From the human T2T-CHM13v2.0 reference genome, Homo sapiens, in assembly GCF_009914755.1 (NCBI RefSeq), contig NC_060928.1: a DNA stretch of 64,000 bases. One strand, given 5' to 3'. The notes under the pieces are model-generated. The model did no database searches and was not told the origin of the DNA. It worked only from the letters and a program-made list of their open reading frames with translations. This document shows, piece by piece, positions 12,261-28,300 of this stretch; position 1 is the first letter of the stretch; the number at the start of each line of letters is the position of its first letter. The translations under genes and the position numbers were made by a program.

Positions 12261-15200
12261 AAGCTGATGATATGACTTATCAGTCCACAGCAAAAGGCAA
12301 ATGGGGTACATTGCTGTAAGTGGGGTCCTTCCAACAGTGGCAACAAATAATATCTAAAAGCCTGAAATGGTTTTTTAAAAAAACATAATCAAATTAAAAT
12401 GCTAGAAGAACAGAACTCTGAACTCGCCTTTTGTCAAATGGGACAGTCATATGGGCACTCAGTCGTCCCCGAGGGCATCATCACATTACAGCAAAGTGCA
12501 GTAGCTAATGTTCATCCTGATAACCCCAGGGCAGCAAGGAAAGGTTACATTTTGTTCTGTGCCCTCTGTTTAAGAAGATTCGGGCATGTCCTCACACCTT
12601 AAGAGGATTTTCATTACAAGTGGTTAAAATGGAAAGAACGGTTGCGCCTAAAGAAGCTTACTTTCAATTATTTAGAAAACGTTTCCATTTAGAAGTGCAT
12701 TCTCCGCTGATGCTAGAAAACCATGACTTTGTGTTTTTTATTTTTTTATAATATGTTAAATTTTATTTACCATTTATTCTTGAGGATAGATGACTCAAAT
12801 ATCTGATTGCACGCTCCCAGTTCATTTCAGAAGAGGCAAGATCATCTTTGTTTTATTTTTCTTTTCACTTCTAACTAGTGAAGACATGAAAGCTGCTTTT
12901 ACAGCTAAGAAGGAATCTTAAGTAAATATATTTGTACTTCCTTCTTTTTAATCATTCTCTTCCCGCTGCAACACAATTCTCATCCGTTGCTTTACTATCC
13001 ACCCCTCCCTCTCTCTCATTTTCAAATTGTTCTTCCTCTTATATGTCAAAATGTATTATGTTATCCTGTGACACTGTTCCCCAGCATGACATCCAACATA
13101 ACATAGAGAATAAATAGATACTAGAAAGGTTTCTAGAGAGCTAAATAAATAGAGCTAAGAAATAAAATAGATGGTGATAACTACTATACCCAAGCTAAGT
13201 ACTTCTGACCATCGAAGGATTATGATCATTTTATTTCTCTCTTACAACGGTAGAATCTCAGGCAGCCGAAATCTGAATGAAGACGGATTAGGGAACTACT
13301 TGTCATGATGACAATTTCAAAGTTGGTTTCACATCCCTCTTTTTTCCTTGTTGGATGGTAAGGTGAGAAAGAACAGAGGGTTGGAGAAGGTAGAATAATA
13401 TATAATATATAGAAAAACACCAGTAGAGAGAACAGGGGAGACTGGCTGTGATAGGACACATTCTGGTTTCTTCCATGAAATTCTAATTGAGAACTCAGGG
13501 CATGGCAGCCTACAAAGGATTCTACTTCTCTGAGCTGTGGTCCGGCCTGTCGTAATATGATATCCAGTTCCTAGGCAATTCTCCCCTGTATGCTATATTT
13601 AAAATTAAATGGCAAATGATCTGCATTAATGAGGGCCCAAAGCACTGTCAGTACACTGGTAGGAAAGTCATACTTATGGTAATTCAGTTTCAATAGGTTG
13701 GTCCTGTAAAGAGAATGGCTGACAGCAGGTTATCAAAGCAATTTCCAAGTGGGCAACTGGAGATGGGCATTCTGACTGAATAGGGACAAAAGAAATGCTT
13801 CAAGGACGTAGTGAACATACTTTGTAATAACGTGAAAAAGTCAGCATTAGCTCAAAAGCCAAGCAGCGTGGAGCAGCCAGCAGAGAGCAAAGGAGGATGG
13901 AGGAGTAGAACATGGCACGAGGTAGGAAGCAGCCTGCAGTAGGTCCTCCAGTTGACAACCACGACCATAAGTCATGGATCAAAATGCATGTGCATCCATT
14001 CCAAAATGAGCTTCACACTACAAATTAGTTTTTGCAGGAATACTCACTCATAAAAAAAAATCCCACATGCAAAAGACAGTAACCATTTGAAGCTTAGTTT
14101 GTACTTTTTTCAAAATAGACAAAAACTGATTTTTCTCTCCATTATCTTTTTTTTCAAAATATGCACGATGTGTCTGGAACTATAGGTCTAATGCTGGGCA
14201 CTGGGGAAACTCAGATCTTGCCCTTGTGGCACTTACATTTGAATTCTTGAATAATTCAATAGGCCATCTCTGTTCTGACTGTAAAAATATGTTAGTGTTG
14301 TTATTCTGTCTAGGCGAATATTTTTCATCATTTTCCAGCATTTTCTTTTAGAGAGTTTTAATTACGTATTCTGTCCACACATTCCCATTTGTGTTCATTT
14401 ATGAGTCCATGTTTCCCACTTCCGTGTTTTAAAAAGCCAAGCTCTAACAGAAGTCAGGGGTCTTGTACAGGAAAATCATCAGTCCCCCTCCTCATGCCAA
14501 GGATACCATAACACACCTTAAGTTGTCGATAACTTTCAGGGTTTTCTGTGCAATATGAATGTCGCATTGGTGTCTCTCAAATGAGAATTCACTTTGGGAG
14601 GTACCCAAGCTACCTTGTGACAGGCTGTTCAAAGATAAAAAGATTTTGGCTCCAAATCATCCCCTTATAAATTTTGCACAAAGGAAAACAGAAGACTGAC
14701 CCAGTATCTCAAGTGCCATCTGAGTATGAAACGAACAAAAGTGCATCTGTCTCTATTTGAAGGGTTACAAGTGATCTGAGGACATGCACTGGCGTTTCGC
14801 ACAGACCAAGGAACCTTTTTCATTCATTTCATGCACGTGAGAACTCAGTGTGTTTATAAATATTCAGAAAGGATTGGTCAGAAAGGATATTTTCCCCATG
14901 AAATCTTTCTAGTATAGATTCTATTCCCAATAAAAATGGCTTCTGATACAGTCTGAGAACCTAACAGGGTGTTGGGGGCAGAGGTGGATGCCTGCCTGGA
15001 ATTTTGCCCTTAAAATAACTCCACTGAGAGTCTCCTCTAGTCTGTCCTGTTAAAACTGATGCTGTCCAGAAAACCACTGTTTGGATGATTTTAAAGTAGT
15101 TTCATCCAATTACTAAGGAAACATTGTCTGCCACAAGGTTGGTAGCATTCTGGTGCATGACTCTGAATTTATTTAATCTGTTTCACAGCATATAAAGGCC

Positions 15201-16319
15201 AATATCTTTCTTTCATTCCTTTTTTTGCTTGATTTCTCTTTTTTTCTCATTGGAGGAGCAATTTCTCCTACATGCAAAGAAGTTAATTTTGAAAGTGTGC
15301 TCCTGAAATGATATGAAAAGTAGTTTAATAGAAGAGAGATGGTTGTTCAGTCAAGTTGAAAGAAGCGTGCATTCTTGTATTTGCATAAAGCACTGTGTAT
15401 GGGGCTATTTGTTAAAGTAAGTTGAATAGATAGTATTTAAATTACATATAAATAGGTGTTGTTTTGAACTGTTTATGTCAGTAAAGTAAATCTAATGACA
15501 CAAACATAATAATACCTTAACTGCTTTTATAACCAGTTTACAATATTTATCGTTTGTCGAGCACAACTAGTGTTATCTGCAATTCAACAGTAATTTTCAA
15601 TCACAACCTCAAAATAGTTAACGTTAAAAGGAATCAATATGTACTACGTTTTATTACATACCCATGGGCAATAGCTCCCTGTTAATGATCACAACTGCCA
15701 ACTTATATCTATCACAGCAATTTTTCTCTTCATAAATTAAATGGAGAGAAGTGTGAAATAAACTCTAAGATCATGCCATGATATTTTAGTATCTGTCTCT
15801 CTCGCTCACTCTCCTTTTTACAATTTTTTTTTGACTTTGGTTATGCATTCCATTATTTAGAATTACTACCACCATGTGCTTGAGTTTCGTTATCAATATC
15901 ACTAGCAGAAGGAATACTAAGAAGGCTGGTCCTACTGCTTTTTACTTTATCCTTGTCATATCACTGAGTAAAAAAAAGAAAAACCCCTAGCTTTTTAAAA
16001 TCGATTCCTAGAATGTTACCTGAAAAGATCAGCCTTATGCCAAATGTGTGTCAGTGTAGAAAGAAATGTAGTTTGATTTGCTTTTTAAAGTGTTTAAAAT
16101 GACACATTCTTGGATCGTTGGTATGTGTTGTCTGTGAGAGGTGACATAACAGCCGAGTGAAGGCCAGTGTGGATTCTGTCTTGAACATGCCTCATCCAGT
16201 GGTGCTTTCAACCAATATGCATTAAATGTCACCACATCCCTTCTGTGCCAGACACTGTGCTAGTTGTTGAGATTACAAAAAAAAAAAAAAGGAAGAAGAG
16301 GAAAGAAGACTAAGATAAG

Positions 16320-16520
16320 GGCTGGTGATTGAGACGCAGAATTTGAAGTGAGGCCATCCTGGATTGGAATCTATACTCCCTTACAAGTTGTAGGAATGTT
16401 GACAAGTTACTTAACCTTATTACAAGCCTTAGTTTCCTTAAGGGGAAAATGGAACAAGTTTAGTACCCCTAATGTTGCATAGAGAATTAAATGAGTTGAC
16501 TGTAATGAGTCTTTTGAATA
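16320..16520 (+). mobile_element. MIR SINE
   Basis: Core gacaagttacttaaccttattacaagccttagtttcc...aaaatgg...gaattaaatgag. Confidence 0.7.
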
Positions 16521-17079
16521 TTGTTAATGACATCAAGTCATAGGTTCTGTTCTCACAATGCTCACAGTCTAGTGACAGTGAAGGATACTGAGCAAGCAAA
16601 TGTAATTGTGCTACAGTGTCACTGCTCTAGTGAAAGCTTGTTCCAGGTGCCATGGGAACATAGATGAGTGCTTCAGGAACTAGCCTGGTTAGTTTAGAGA
16701 TGCTTGGAAGGCGCAGGCCAAAGGATCCCCAAGATTCCTATGTGAATTGCCTGGTTGCTTTAAGAATTCTATTCTGACCTTGGCAATTATAGGATCTTGT
16801 AGATCTAGACATGGAAACTGTGTTTTGATTGTCATCAGGATGGCACATTTCACCACCATTCAATTCAGGCCCTCCTATGTTCAGAGCACCCTGCTAGACA
16901 CTAGAGAATTAGAAGATGAATGAAATTAAACATCTGTTCTCAGGATGCCCGTCATCTATCACTGGCTGCATGTCATATCAGAGTGTATGCAGCACTTTTC
17001 TGAACTCAGAGTAGGTTCATTGCAATTGTGTTACTTCTTATGACTTCTGGTTTAGAAATAGTAACTTTCCTGGGAGTGG

Positions 17080-18510
17080 ATTCATATGGGAAACCACTTC
17101 AAGTCCCTACTGCCAAATCCACACTCTGCTGCTTCCCCACCTACCCTTTCTTTCCTCCCTCCTATTATAGAGGAGGTAGCTTTGCTCCTAAAGTCAGTCA
17201 TTCCCCTGTTCTTTGACTGCACACCCAACTAGCTCAAGAAATTTGCACTGTCAGTCATCTATTCTTCATCATCAGCTTTTCCCTTCCTAGTTGCTTCTTC
17301 CCATTGGCCTTAAAATGTGACCCTCCTGTCTATTAGAAGGTTTTCACTCAACTCCATGTCTCCCTCCAAATGCAGCCCTATTTCTCACTGCCTTTCTACC
17401 ATCTTCCTCCCAAAGACCTGAGAGCATTCCTTGTCCTTCCTGTGCACTCTGTCCTTACTCTACCCCAACCAGTCTCTGCTCCTACCATTCCATGAAATGT
17501 TTTAGTTAACTAAGGTAAGGAATGGCTTCACGTTGCTGATTTGCTCATTTTTTGTTGTCTTATTTGATCTCTTAGAAATATCTCACCCTTGACCCACTGC
17601 CTCCTTGATCCCTTAATTTCCATGTGATCTCATTTTCCTTTCTCCCATCTGGAGCCTGGACCTAAGTCTCCTTATCTAACCTGGTTTTACTCCACTGTCA
17701 AACCCAGGACTTCCTTAACCCTTGCCCTAGTCGTCTTTTTCTCTCACTCTTGACTCTCCACTTGGATTATTTCTTTGATTCCCATGGCTTCCCCAAATGT
17801 ACATCTACAACTTGCTAGATAGCACGTTGGTGTTCCAGTCATAAAGAGGATATGTGGAACCACTGTCTCCCATCAGGAGAGTAAACAGCCTGATTGGCAA
17901 TCCATTCAGGTATCTAAGACCAAACTCATGGATCTTATCACAAACTTGTTCCTTCCCTAACACTTCCGGTATTGGCAAATAGCACAGTCAGCAGCTAAAA
18001 TGCAAAACCACGGAAGAATTCCCTCTCCTATCTCACTAATCACTCACCAAACCCCATTAATTCTATCTCCTATGTATGTTTCAGACAAGTCATCTCTATC
18101 CTGCTTTTCACAAACTCTGACTTGAATCTCTGCATATTTTAATTCATTATTGCCCGTACTCAAATTCTTTTGCCACATTGCAGCCCAAAATGATTTTTTC
18201 ATAAGTCAACTCTCAGCATAGCTGTACCTCCCCCAGAAAACTTCAGTGACTTAGGACACCTGATTCCCAAGTATTTAATATGCCCTAGAGGTACTGTGAT
18301 TCTATAATCTGTCATTCTATCTGAAATACTTTTGAGAAAAAATGGAGCAATTTTATCAATGACACTGGGACAAGTATAAACTGGGACTATGCTGGGAATC
18401 TGAGACACAGGGTCTCATTGTATCCTCAACTTCCAGCACAGGGTCTCACGGTCTGGTTCATAGAATAGAGGACCCTCCATAAATGTTTACTGAATACATG
18501 ACTGAGTGGA
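17080..18510 (+). mobile_element. Degraded L2 LINE 3' region
   Basis: Pyrimidine-rich L2-like text (tcttatttgatctc, cccatggcttc, ccaaactc, tgccacattgcagccc) ending in ataaatgtttactgaatacatgactgagtg. Confidence 0.65.
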
Positions 18511-19457
18511 AGGGTGTGTCGTTATATGACATCTTGCTGAAGAGAAAGGGACTCAGCTCAAATGGGTGGTTGGCCCAGGTGACTGTCTGTTGTGGTTCTT
18601 TGTCCCCAAAGATACTAGAAATCTGCATTTCAAAGTGTTCTAGGTCTGTTCTTTCCACAATATAAGCAGATGAATCTATTTTCAAATGAAATATTAAGGG
18701 TAATGCCAACATACACGACAGTTAAAAGTGAAAGCTGCTCTAAGTGAGGTTGAGGATTGCCTGACCCTGCCATGTCAGCCTCCCTCTGACCTTCCCTGCC
18801 TAAATCTACCTGGGAGAAGTCTTTGGGCCAAGAGAAATATAAATTACAAATTGTTTTTCTAGACCATTGATACATTTTCTCAAGCAAACTTAAAATATCT
18901 GAAAGTTAAATCAGAGATTCTCTAAATGTGCCATTTGCCAGTGAGTTCATGATCTCCCCTTTGGTGATATCCAGACACCGTAACTGCTTTGCCATTACTA
19001 CCACTGTACCATCATCTACTTGTTTAAACCCTTCGTATGCCAATTTGATAGGCCCTCCCTCTAACTCCAACTCAATTAAACCCATTAGATCTCCCACCCA
19101 CTCATTCAATTATGAATGTATATTGAGTATCCAGTATTCCAGGATCTGGGTTCTCAAATCTTATTTCTTACCATTTTTCATGCTGTGCTCAATGTAAGTC
19201 AAGTCCATTTGTTCTACCTTTATTAATAGCTAGCTTCCATTTACTGAACTACAATTCCTGATGAGATTCTAAGGACTTTGTATGCATCACTGAGTCCTTA
19301 TGAGTTAGGTATGACCTCAACTGTAAAACGGATTTTCATGTTATAGAGGAGGAAACTGAAACTTGGAAAGGTTAACTAATTGGCTTAAATTTAAATAGCT
19401 AATTAAGAGAAAACCTGGGTCATAAAGAATAATGTCTGGCAGGAGTACACCTTTCAT

Positions 19458-19774
19458 ATTGTCTCAGTCTCTTCAGGTCACTATAACAAAATACCATAAA
19501 CTGGGTAGCTTAGAAGTAATAGGAATTTACTTTTCACAGTTTTGGAAGGTGGGAAGTCCAAGAGCAAGGTGCTGGCAGATTTGGTGTCTTCCTGCTATGT
19601 CCTCACATAGTGGAAGGGATAAATGGGTTCCCTAAGGCACTAACCCCATTCATGAGGGCTTCACCCACATGACCTAATCATCCCCCGTAGCCGTGCCTGC
19701 TAATACCATCACCTTGGTGATTAGGGTTTCAACCTATGATGTTGAAGAGACAGAAACATTCAATTCATTGTACA
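19458..19774 (-). mobile_element. MaLR LTR (MLT1A/MLT1A0-like)
   Basis: ctataacaaaataccataaactgggtagctta...ggaagtccaagagcaaggtgctggcagatttggtgtc...catgacctaatca...aataccatcaccttgg. Confidence 0.8.
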
Positions 19775-20181
19775 TATCATCTGTCTTCTATATGTGACCT
19801 TCTACTTTCTTGGTTGTGGCTTTCGAGATTTTACTCTAAAACTTACTTCCTCCAGTAAGTCTTCCATATAATCTAACCTGATGTTGAGTGTTCCTTTCCT
19901 TATGACATGGCATACAGCCTGTTGAAAGTGTTAGTATTTTACTTTGTGATGATTGTCACTTCTTCTCGTATTTCTTCTCACATAACATTTCCATCTAAAA
20001 TAATAAAGCAATTGTCTCCAAGGGTCTTTTTCTATTTATGTGAATGTACGCGTGTGTATTTTCTTTGTAGCTCCCACTTTTAGTGATTACATACACATTA
20101 CACACTCAGATACCATTGCCCGATTTCATAATATAACACTTAACAACACGTTTTAAAATGTGGTTAAAAGTTTAGATCCTA

Positions 20182-20524
<343 letters not shown>

Positions 20525-22079
20525 CTACTTAACCTTTCTGTGCCTCAGTTTCCTCATGTGTAGAATGGGGCAAGAATAGTGTTTACCTCATAGATTTATT
20601 GAGAAGAGCATATAATTATATATCGTAATTATATATGTATATATGTGTGTGTGTATATATATATATATGTATATATATAAATTGGAATAACACCTGGCGT
20701 GTACTAATTGCTATGTAAGCGAAAGCTATTGGTGTTGCGCTTGTCATGGCAGGAGGAACAAGTCCTTTATTCTTATTACTTAACAAAGATTAGTGGTGAC
20801 TCTGGCTTTCCTAGGTCTCAAAGACCTCAAAACTTCCAGCTTCCTTCACCCTCCCACCTGCCCAGCTTACTGCTGCCTGCCCTTCCTCTGTGGTCTCTAC
20901 GCACCCTGTTGCTTATCGTCTGTTACTCTGATTTCTCTTAGCTTTTCTTTCCAGCTATCACTACATGTCTCTCTTCCTCCCTGTGCCCCTACTCTTTCAG
21001 ACAGTTTGAAAGGCCCTTCACTGACTAAGGTAATAGTAAAGCCCTCAATTATTCCATCAAATTCACTTATTAGACAGAAGGCACCAATATTTTTAGTGAT
21101 GGAGTAGATGGCAAAGTGCAAACTTAACAAGGAGCAAAGGTAGTTTGTGGTTTTCTATCTCGGACCCAATGACTGCAGCTCAAAGGAGACGTGCAAAGAA
21201 TATTAAAAAAGTCACATTAATACCTGAGTGACAGTTCCACAGAGTACACTCAATTATCTCTGATTTTGGAGAGAAGTAAGGATGATCCCAAAACAAGTTG
21301 ATACATTCTCACAATAGCCCTCAAATGGAGAATTCTAATTCCAATAAAGTACTTGTACATTTACCTTCATTTCTCTCCCTCAATCAATATTCTTTCAGTT
21401 TCTTCTGTTATTTGGTGGAAAAGTCTTCAATTAGCTGATTATCTGTCTTTTAGTTCTTACGGTGTTTGATTGCCTGCAAACAAAGAAAGCTAATAATCTA
21501 TTTCTATCGAGGAAGGTGTTTTGTCTGCAGGAGTCAGAGAGCATCTGAAATGAGCTGGGACGGAGCTCGGCCCGAGGAGAGGATTTGAAGGAAGTCCTGC
21601 CGGGAGATCAGAGCACCCAGGGAGTAGTTACGGCTCTGCGTTTAAAATCCACCAATCTTGTGTTCTGACTGGAAATAAGTGTTAGTTCTGAGATTTTCAA
21701 ATGGGTGTGTGTTGGCACTATTGGTGGATGCTTTAAATAAAGGAACCAGGGGCCTTGTGAACTGGCTGTAGGGAAGTCAGCTTCCACACACGGCCCTGTA
21801 TCCTTCTATTCTGCTTGCCAAACCATGCTAAGTAGTAAAATCTGATCTTAAAACCACTTACAACCCCAGATTAAACGGATCTGTCTTTCTCTCTTAACCT
21901 TATTGCCTGACTGACTCATGCCCAGCTAAGGGTTTAGGGAAGGTGGTTTATGTGGCCGAAGCCCAAGTCACATTTATAGTCTTACCAAACAGCAAAATAC
22001 ACAAACAGCCGGTTAGCTCTTCCCAGGAACAAAAAAACTCATCAAATGAGAGAAATTATAGTCGACATTTCTACATTAG

Positions 22080-22635
<556 letters not shown>

Positions 22636-22994
22636 GACTTGAATAATTCTATAGATTTCCATAGCAAAAAAAAAAAATTGTTTTACTCATAAGAGTAAAA
22701 TATGTAAAGTATAAAAGTATAATAAGTAAAGTATAAAAGAATGATAATAATGAGGAAAATGCAATGAACCTATGAGGTAATAATAAAAATACTTCTTTAA
22801 GAACATTGAGAATTGACTGTAGATGAAATATGTGTTTGGATCCCACTCTGTTTTTCATGATTCCAGCCATTTCCAATCTTTTATAATTCTCTTTGATAAA
22901 CATTTATAAATGTTAATAGAAACATATATGCCAGTAGTTCCCTAAGTTAAATACCCCACAATTCTCAAAGAATTAAAAACTCATGAAAAATGTA

Positions 22995-23435
22995 TTTTTA
23001 ATAAGTCATTATACGAAAGAGATACTTGCACACACATGTTTATAGCAGCACAATTCACACTTGCAAAATCGTGGAACCAACCCAAATGCTCATCAGTCAA
23101 TGAGTGGATTAAAAAACTGTGGTATGTATATGATGGAATACTACTCAGCCATAAAAAGGAATGAATTAACAGCATTTGCAATGATGTGGATGATAAGCTA
23201 TGAGGACTCAAAGGCCCAAGAATGATACAAGGGATTTTGGGGACTTGAGGAAAAGAGTAGGAGGGGGGTGAGGGATAAAAGACAACAAATATGGTGGAGT
23301 GTATACTGCTTGGGTGATGTGTGCACCGGGATCTCACAAATCTCCACTAAATAACTTACTCATATAACCAAATACTGCCTGTACCCCAATAACTTATGGG
23401 AAAAATAAAGTAATAACAAAAATAAAATAATAAAA
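22995..23435 (+). mobile_element. L1PB-type 3' end with an internal deletion
   Basis: gatacttgcacacacatgtttatagcagcacaattc...taagctatgaggac...gagggataaaagac...aatctccactaaataacttactc plus A-rich tail. Confidence 0.85.
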
Positions 23436-23469
23436 ATGTCATTTTAACTCTCATTCTTTGTAAATGAAC

Positions 23470-23948
23470 TGGTCACTTCCATCCATGCCTCTGAACCATT
23501 ACTCACCTTTCCCCACCCTTCTCCACTCTGCTCTGTGTCTTAGGTGGCTGCAGGGCCTGAATGTATAGTAATTGACGGATATCATTTTCCTTAGGCTTTC
23601 ATTGGGTTTAGCTAATGAGAGGCACTGACAGATGAAGGATGGGAAGGGAATAAAGCCAGGGTATCTGGTTCCCTCCTGACAGGTCATCCAGGTCACTTCA
23701 TGGTGGCTGGTTGAGGACACCACAGTTCCTTGTAGGTGGCCCTCTCAAAACAGCTCTTTTGGGGTTCAGAAACTGTTCCCCCTCTTTACCTCTTCAGGCC
23801 TCAGGGTTCAGTAATGCTCCCTACTACTACTAGTCCCAGAGTACCTCGATGAAGCTGCCACCCACACCTTTGAAAGTTGTGCCTTTACTCTCTTCCATTA
23901 CTCAATATGAGCGTGCATCTATTTCCCACCTAGATCCTGATTGAAACA
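23470..23948 (+). mobile_element. ERVL LTR (LTR33-like)
   Basis: cacccttctccactctgctctgtgtc...ttgggtttagctaatgagaggcactg...gcatctatttccc...cctgattgaaaca. Confidence 0.6.
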
Positions 23949-24865
23949 GAGACCTTTACAATTTACTGCGATTTCATCCATTTAATATTAGTCTTTGCTG
24001 TGTCCAAGACCAGTTTTTCTACATTATTTTAACAGAAGAAACTCTACCAAGTTACTGCTCATAAGCATATGGTATAATTTCTGTAACTCAGGTGGAATTT
24101 GTAACCCTTTATTCAACAGCAATTCTAAGTTGCGAGTAATTTCCATTTTAATCATGGAGAAAAAATCTAGATTAATTGCGCGTGACAGAATTAGGTAATG
24201 TCATTACCATCTCTGTATATTGTCAGAGCCATTGGGGTCAAGAGGCTTCCCAATGATGAATAAATTGCTTGACTGCCTGGTGTTGGTTGACCTAATAATT
24301 TTTAAAGTAGTTATTGTATCCTTAAATTATTCAGGTGCCATGAAGAACATAGATGAGATGAAGATAGATCTGTTTGCTGTGATAGTAGATTAACCATCTA
24401 AAACCATCTTTCAGAAGTTTTGGTTCTTTTATGAATGGGTTGGGTAGAAACTCACTAGGGTTAAAATCAATACTGGTATTTCTTTTCCCCAAGTGTACAT
24501 TCTCCTAAAATCCAAGTCTTAAGAGTACCTGCTAGGAGTCGAGACCAAAAGGCCTTATATTTTATAAAATGGTTCTCTATATCGAAAAAATAAATGCATA
24601 ATTGGCTTTATGTTGTGCAATAGACATAGTCTTAATGAAAGTTTTGGGAAAAAAGCAAGAATTACAGATTGATTCCTTTCAAACTCTTTTATCTTGAACC
24701 GCAAATATGATTAATACATCCGGCTGTTTAGGTAAGGTTCTTTGGAGATTGATATAAGACAATTGTAAGAAAAAAACAAATTTCAAATATGGATTTAACA
24801 ATATACTTATTACCACACAAAAGTTGTTTACCTATTCAAGAGACATAACTTGGCTATTGCTGAAG

Positions 24866-25349
24866 TTAGCCTTTTATGCATAATAAATCATCCCAAAACT
24901 TAATAGGATTAACGTTCATTTAACCTGTAAGTCTCTTTTTCAGGAATTTGGGCAGGGCTCAGGTGGGCAGTTCTGGTTACATTTGAATTGATTCAAGCAT
25001 CTTCAGTCGGCAGTCAGGCCAGTTGAGAGCTGACTAGCCTAGGATCACGTCTACTAGGAGAACTCTTCTCAGTTCCACATGGTCTCTCTTCCTCCAGCAG
25101 GTTGGCTGGGCTTGTTCATAGGGCAGCTGGGTAGAACTCCAAGAAAGCCAGTAGGAGCATGAAATAAAGGCACAATATCACTTCCTCCACTTTCTATGGG
25201 TATGGGCCAAAGAAAGTCAATAGGCCACTCAGATTCGAGGGGAAGGAAAGTAGAATCTGTTTGTTAATGGCAGGAGCTTCTAAATTCCAGAGCAAAAGGC
25301 ATGGAAACAAGGAAAAGTGAAGGACTGTAGCCATTTTGCAATCTACCAA
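24866..25349 (-). mobile_element. MaLR LTR (MLT1H-like)
   Basis: tgcataataaatcatcccaaaactta...caggaatttgggcagggctcaggtgggcagttct...tagccattttgcaatctacca. Confidence 0.7.
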
Positions 25350-28300
25350 AATTAGATAATAAGGAATAATGTGGAATGGGAATGATGAACCAAATACTAC
25401 ATTGGGCTTTTTTGTGATTAAAGGAGGTAGGTAAGGAAGGGACATTGTTTTGCATGTATCAACATACACAATAGCACACCCACATATAGAGATGCTTCCA
25501 TTAAATATTTCTCAGACACAGCAGGCCTTGTATCTCTCTACCAGCAATCCACTCTGGTCTTGCTTCCCTTTTCTTTTATGCAATCTACAGTTTTTCATTT
25601 TTCTTTCTTGGCTTTTGTTTTCCTGCCCCTTCTACTGACTCTCTTGACTCCCAGCTGTGCTCTAATCCTCCTCTGAGTGAGTTTTATGCTTCTCTTGTCT
25701 CTCTTATCCTGCTTACTGTGTATTCCAAAGTCTGGCAGGAACCATGTCAATAGAGAAAACACTCAGTCATTTGGCAACGTGAAGAAGCAATTAGATGCCA
25801 GCTTCTAAAGGGCTAGAGGACATTTAAACTCCAAGTGCTAGAAATCTTACTGAAATTGCAGGCAGAACAGAGGGAGAAGTACTTGAAGAGTTATTAGCTA
25901 GCCAGAGCTTGGCCCCATCACATTTTTGCCATTGCCTATTATAAGAAGGCTTCCATGTTCTGGGTTGAGCCACTATGAGTAGAAGGGAGATCAATGAGCA
26001 TCCTCAGAAATAATGAAAGCTTGTCTCAGTCCTTTAAGAATAAGACCTGGAGAAAGTGATTCCCTGATTCCCGGAGCATAACAGGACACTTTGGATGCAC
26101 ATGACAATGTAGAAGATAATTCCAAATTCTATAGCTAATCCGCAGCACAGTTAATCTCTGAATAGTTACAGAGATGTGTATTATAATTGGAAGCACAAAA
26201 GTGGCCATTTATTTCATTTTGTACAATGCTTGTTATTGCATTCCAACTCACAGTAGCTATTACTCAAACCTCTATTTTCTATTGTTATTCTTTTAACGCA
26301 GACTTTGCCCCTTACCCAAGCCAGGGTTGTTATTCCACAGAGGGTTTTCCAGACATCATTAACCACAGGAAGAGATCATAACACAGCAGAAACTTGGGAT
26401 TGAATAACAACCTTGAAATTCAAACTGACATCATGTATTGTTGTTTGCATTATATCCTAAACAGTTATTAGGAACAATTAGCAATTAAAGACTCTTAGGT
26501 GCAGTTATATGGTTTTCTACAATATATCCTGAATAGCAGGATAAGTGCTTTGGCTGCAAGCCAATCATCAAAAGCCAACAGAAAACTCTAATCTAAAATG
26601 CATGCTCCTTTATGGCCATTGAGCAAAGTATGTTAATCAAGCAAAGCCATACACGAGATGGGGAGACTTCAGGTGTAAACTTTCGCTATGAAGCCTATCC
26701 CCATTTTATCCAAACTCTATGTAGCCCCAAAGAAATAGGATTTATACACATTTCTTCTCCACTTAACTTTTATGAAAAAGAGACACATAATAAGCACAGA
26801 AACAGATATCCAGAAATATTTTTAAAGGAATATGTCCTGATTTCAGGACAAAATTAGTGTAATAGCGTCTATCTTCTAGTCCTTTAGTAGTTCTACCATG
26901 ACACTGGTGTTCATTATAATGATCCTGAGGCCCTAAATATTCTTTCTGAAGCATCAACGTGATATTACATCAGAGTCAAGCTAATTTGAATGTTAAGTGT
27001 AGTCTACACATATTTAATTCCTTGAAAATCAAGTAGTATATACTGATTTTTAGTTTTCTCACAATATTCATCTTGCCAGGGGGCCATATTCTCAATTACA
27101 TTGAATAAATTGGATTTTGTGCTTTATTATGTATTGTGTTTATTTTATTAATATCAAAGTGCTGGCTCCAGTTCACCCACTATTAATAGTTATATAAAGC
27201 TTTTTTTCTGTTTCCAAATCAGACACTGATTATAGATATAGGAAGCTGAACTCAATCTCTATTCAGCACAGTTTTAAAGAACATGGAATAGCCTGAAGGC
27301 AAGCAGGTGTCCAGCTTCTATCAGGCGCTCAGTGTGGAAACAGAGAGAAACATCAGGAGAGTAAAAAAATTCATTCAAATGGCTGTTGTTGTTTTTTTTT
27401 TAAAAAAAAAAAAAGAATAAAAGAGAGTAGGAAAACAATTTCAATTGCTCACTGACTTTGCTTACTTAAATCTTTGGAGTAAATTGTAAATAAACAGCTG
27501 ATCCAAATTGACTAGTGTGGCTTACATCCTTCCCCATTCCAAATGTGTCAATAAAAGTGTTAGTGTGAAAGAACTGAGAAGGGTGGGGCTCCTATTATAT
27601 TTTTGGAAATAACTTGAACCGCTCAAACTTTACATAAACTCAAGTTATATTAAAGAGAGGAAAGCATGACAACATAAATTGGAAACATTACAATCCAATT
27701 TCTTACTTTTGTAAGTACGAAGAAACAATATGGACAATAACATTTCAAAGTTTAGAAATAAAGTATATGATTATCTGTGAAGCAAGATAAAGCACTTATA
27801 AATTAACCTCTGGTAATTTCTCAAAGATTTTATTTGTTTCCCTAATAATTAGTTATTGTAAGTAAATGAAATTATACATAAAGAGAAGATAAATTATGTG
27901 AGCAAGCAGACATACTAAAACTTAATATAAATACATAAATATGCACAATTAGAAATATTATTTGCATAACCCTATTTATTTTTTAATATAAAAATAGAAA
28001 TGCAGATATGCAATTGCAAAATACAGTATGGAAAATAGTTAACCAGAATCCAGATATTATGTGCAAACTGTAATTTTACATTTATAATGGAAAGTAACAT
28101 TAAAGGAAGCTTTGCATTCTTTTAAAATATGAGCTTAATAAAATAATCTGTGATTTTGGCTTATCAATAAGGGCTTTCTTATCTGGGGGTAAAGTAGTCT
28201 CAGGAGCATGGTGCCTGCCTTCCTGAGATGGGCTTATCTTGAACACGGGCTGACTTTCCCTTGTGTTTGAGCTCATTCATTTCCCCCAGGTACTGAAGGT

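Noticed and set aside
11921-12346. 141-aa Tyr/Ile/Cys-rich ORF
   Set aside because: Product of the TA/TG microsatellite.
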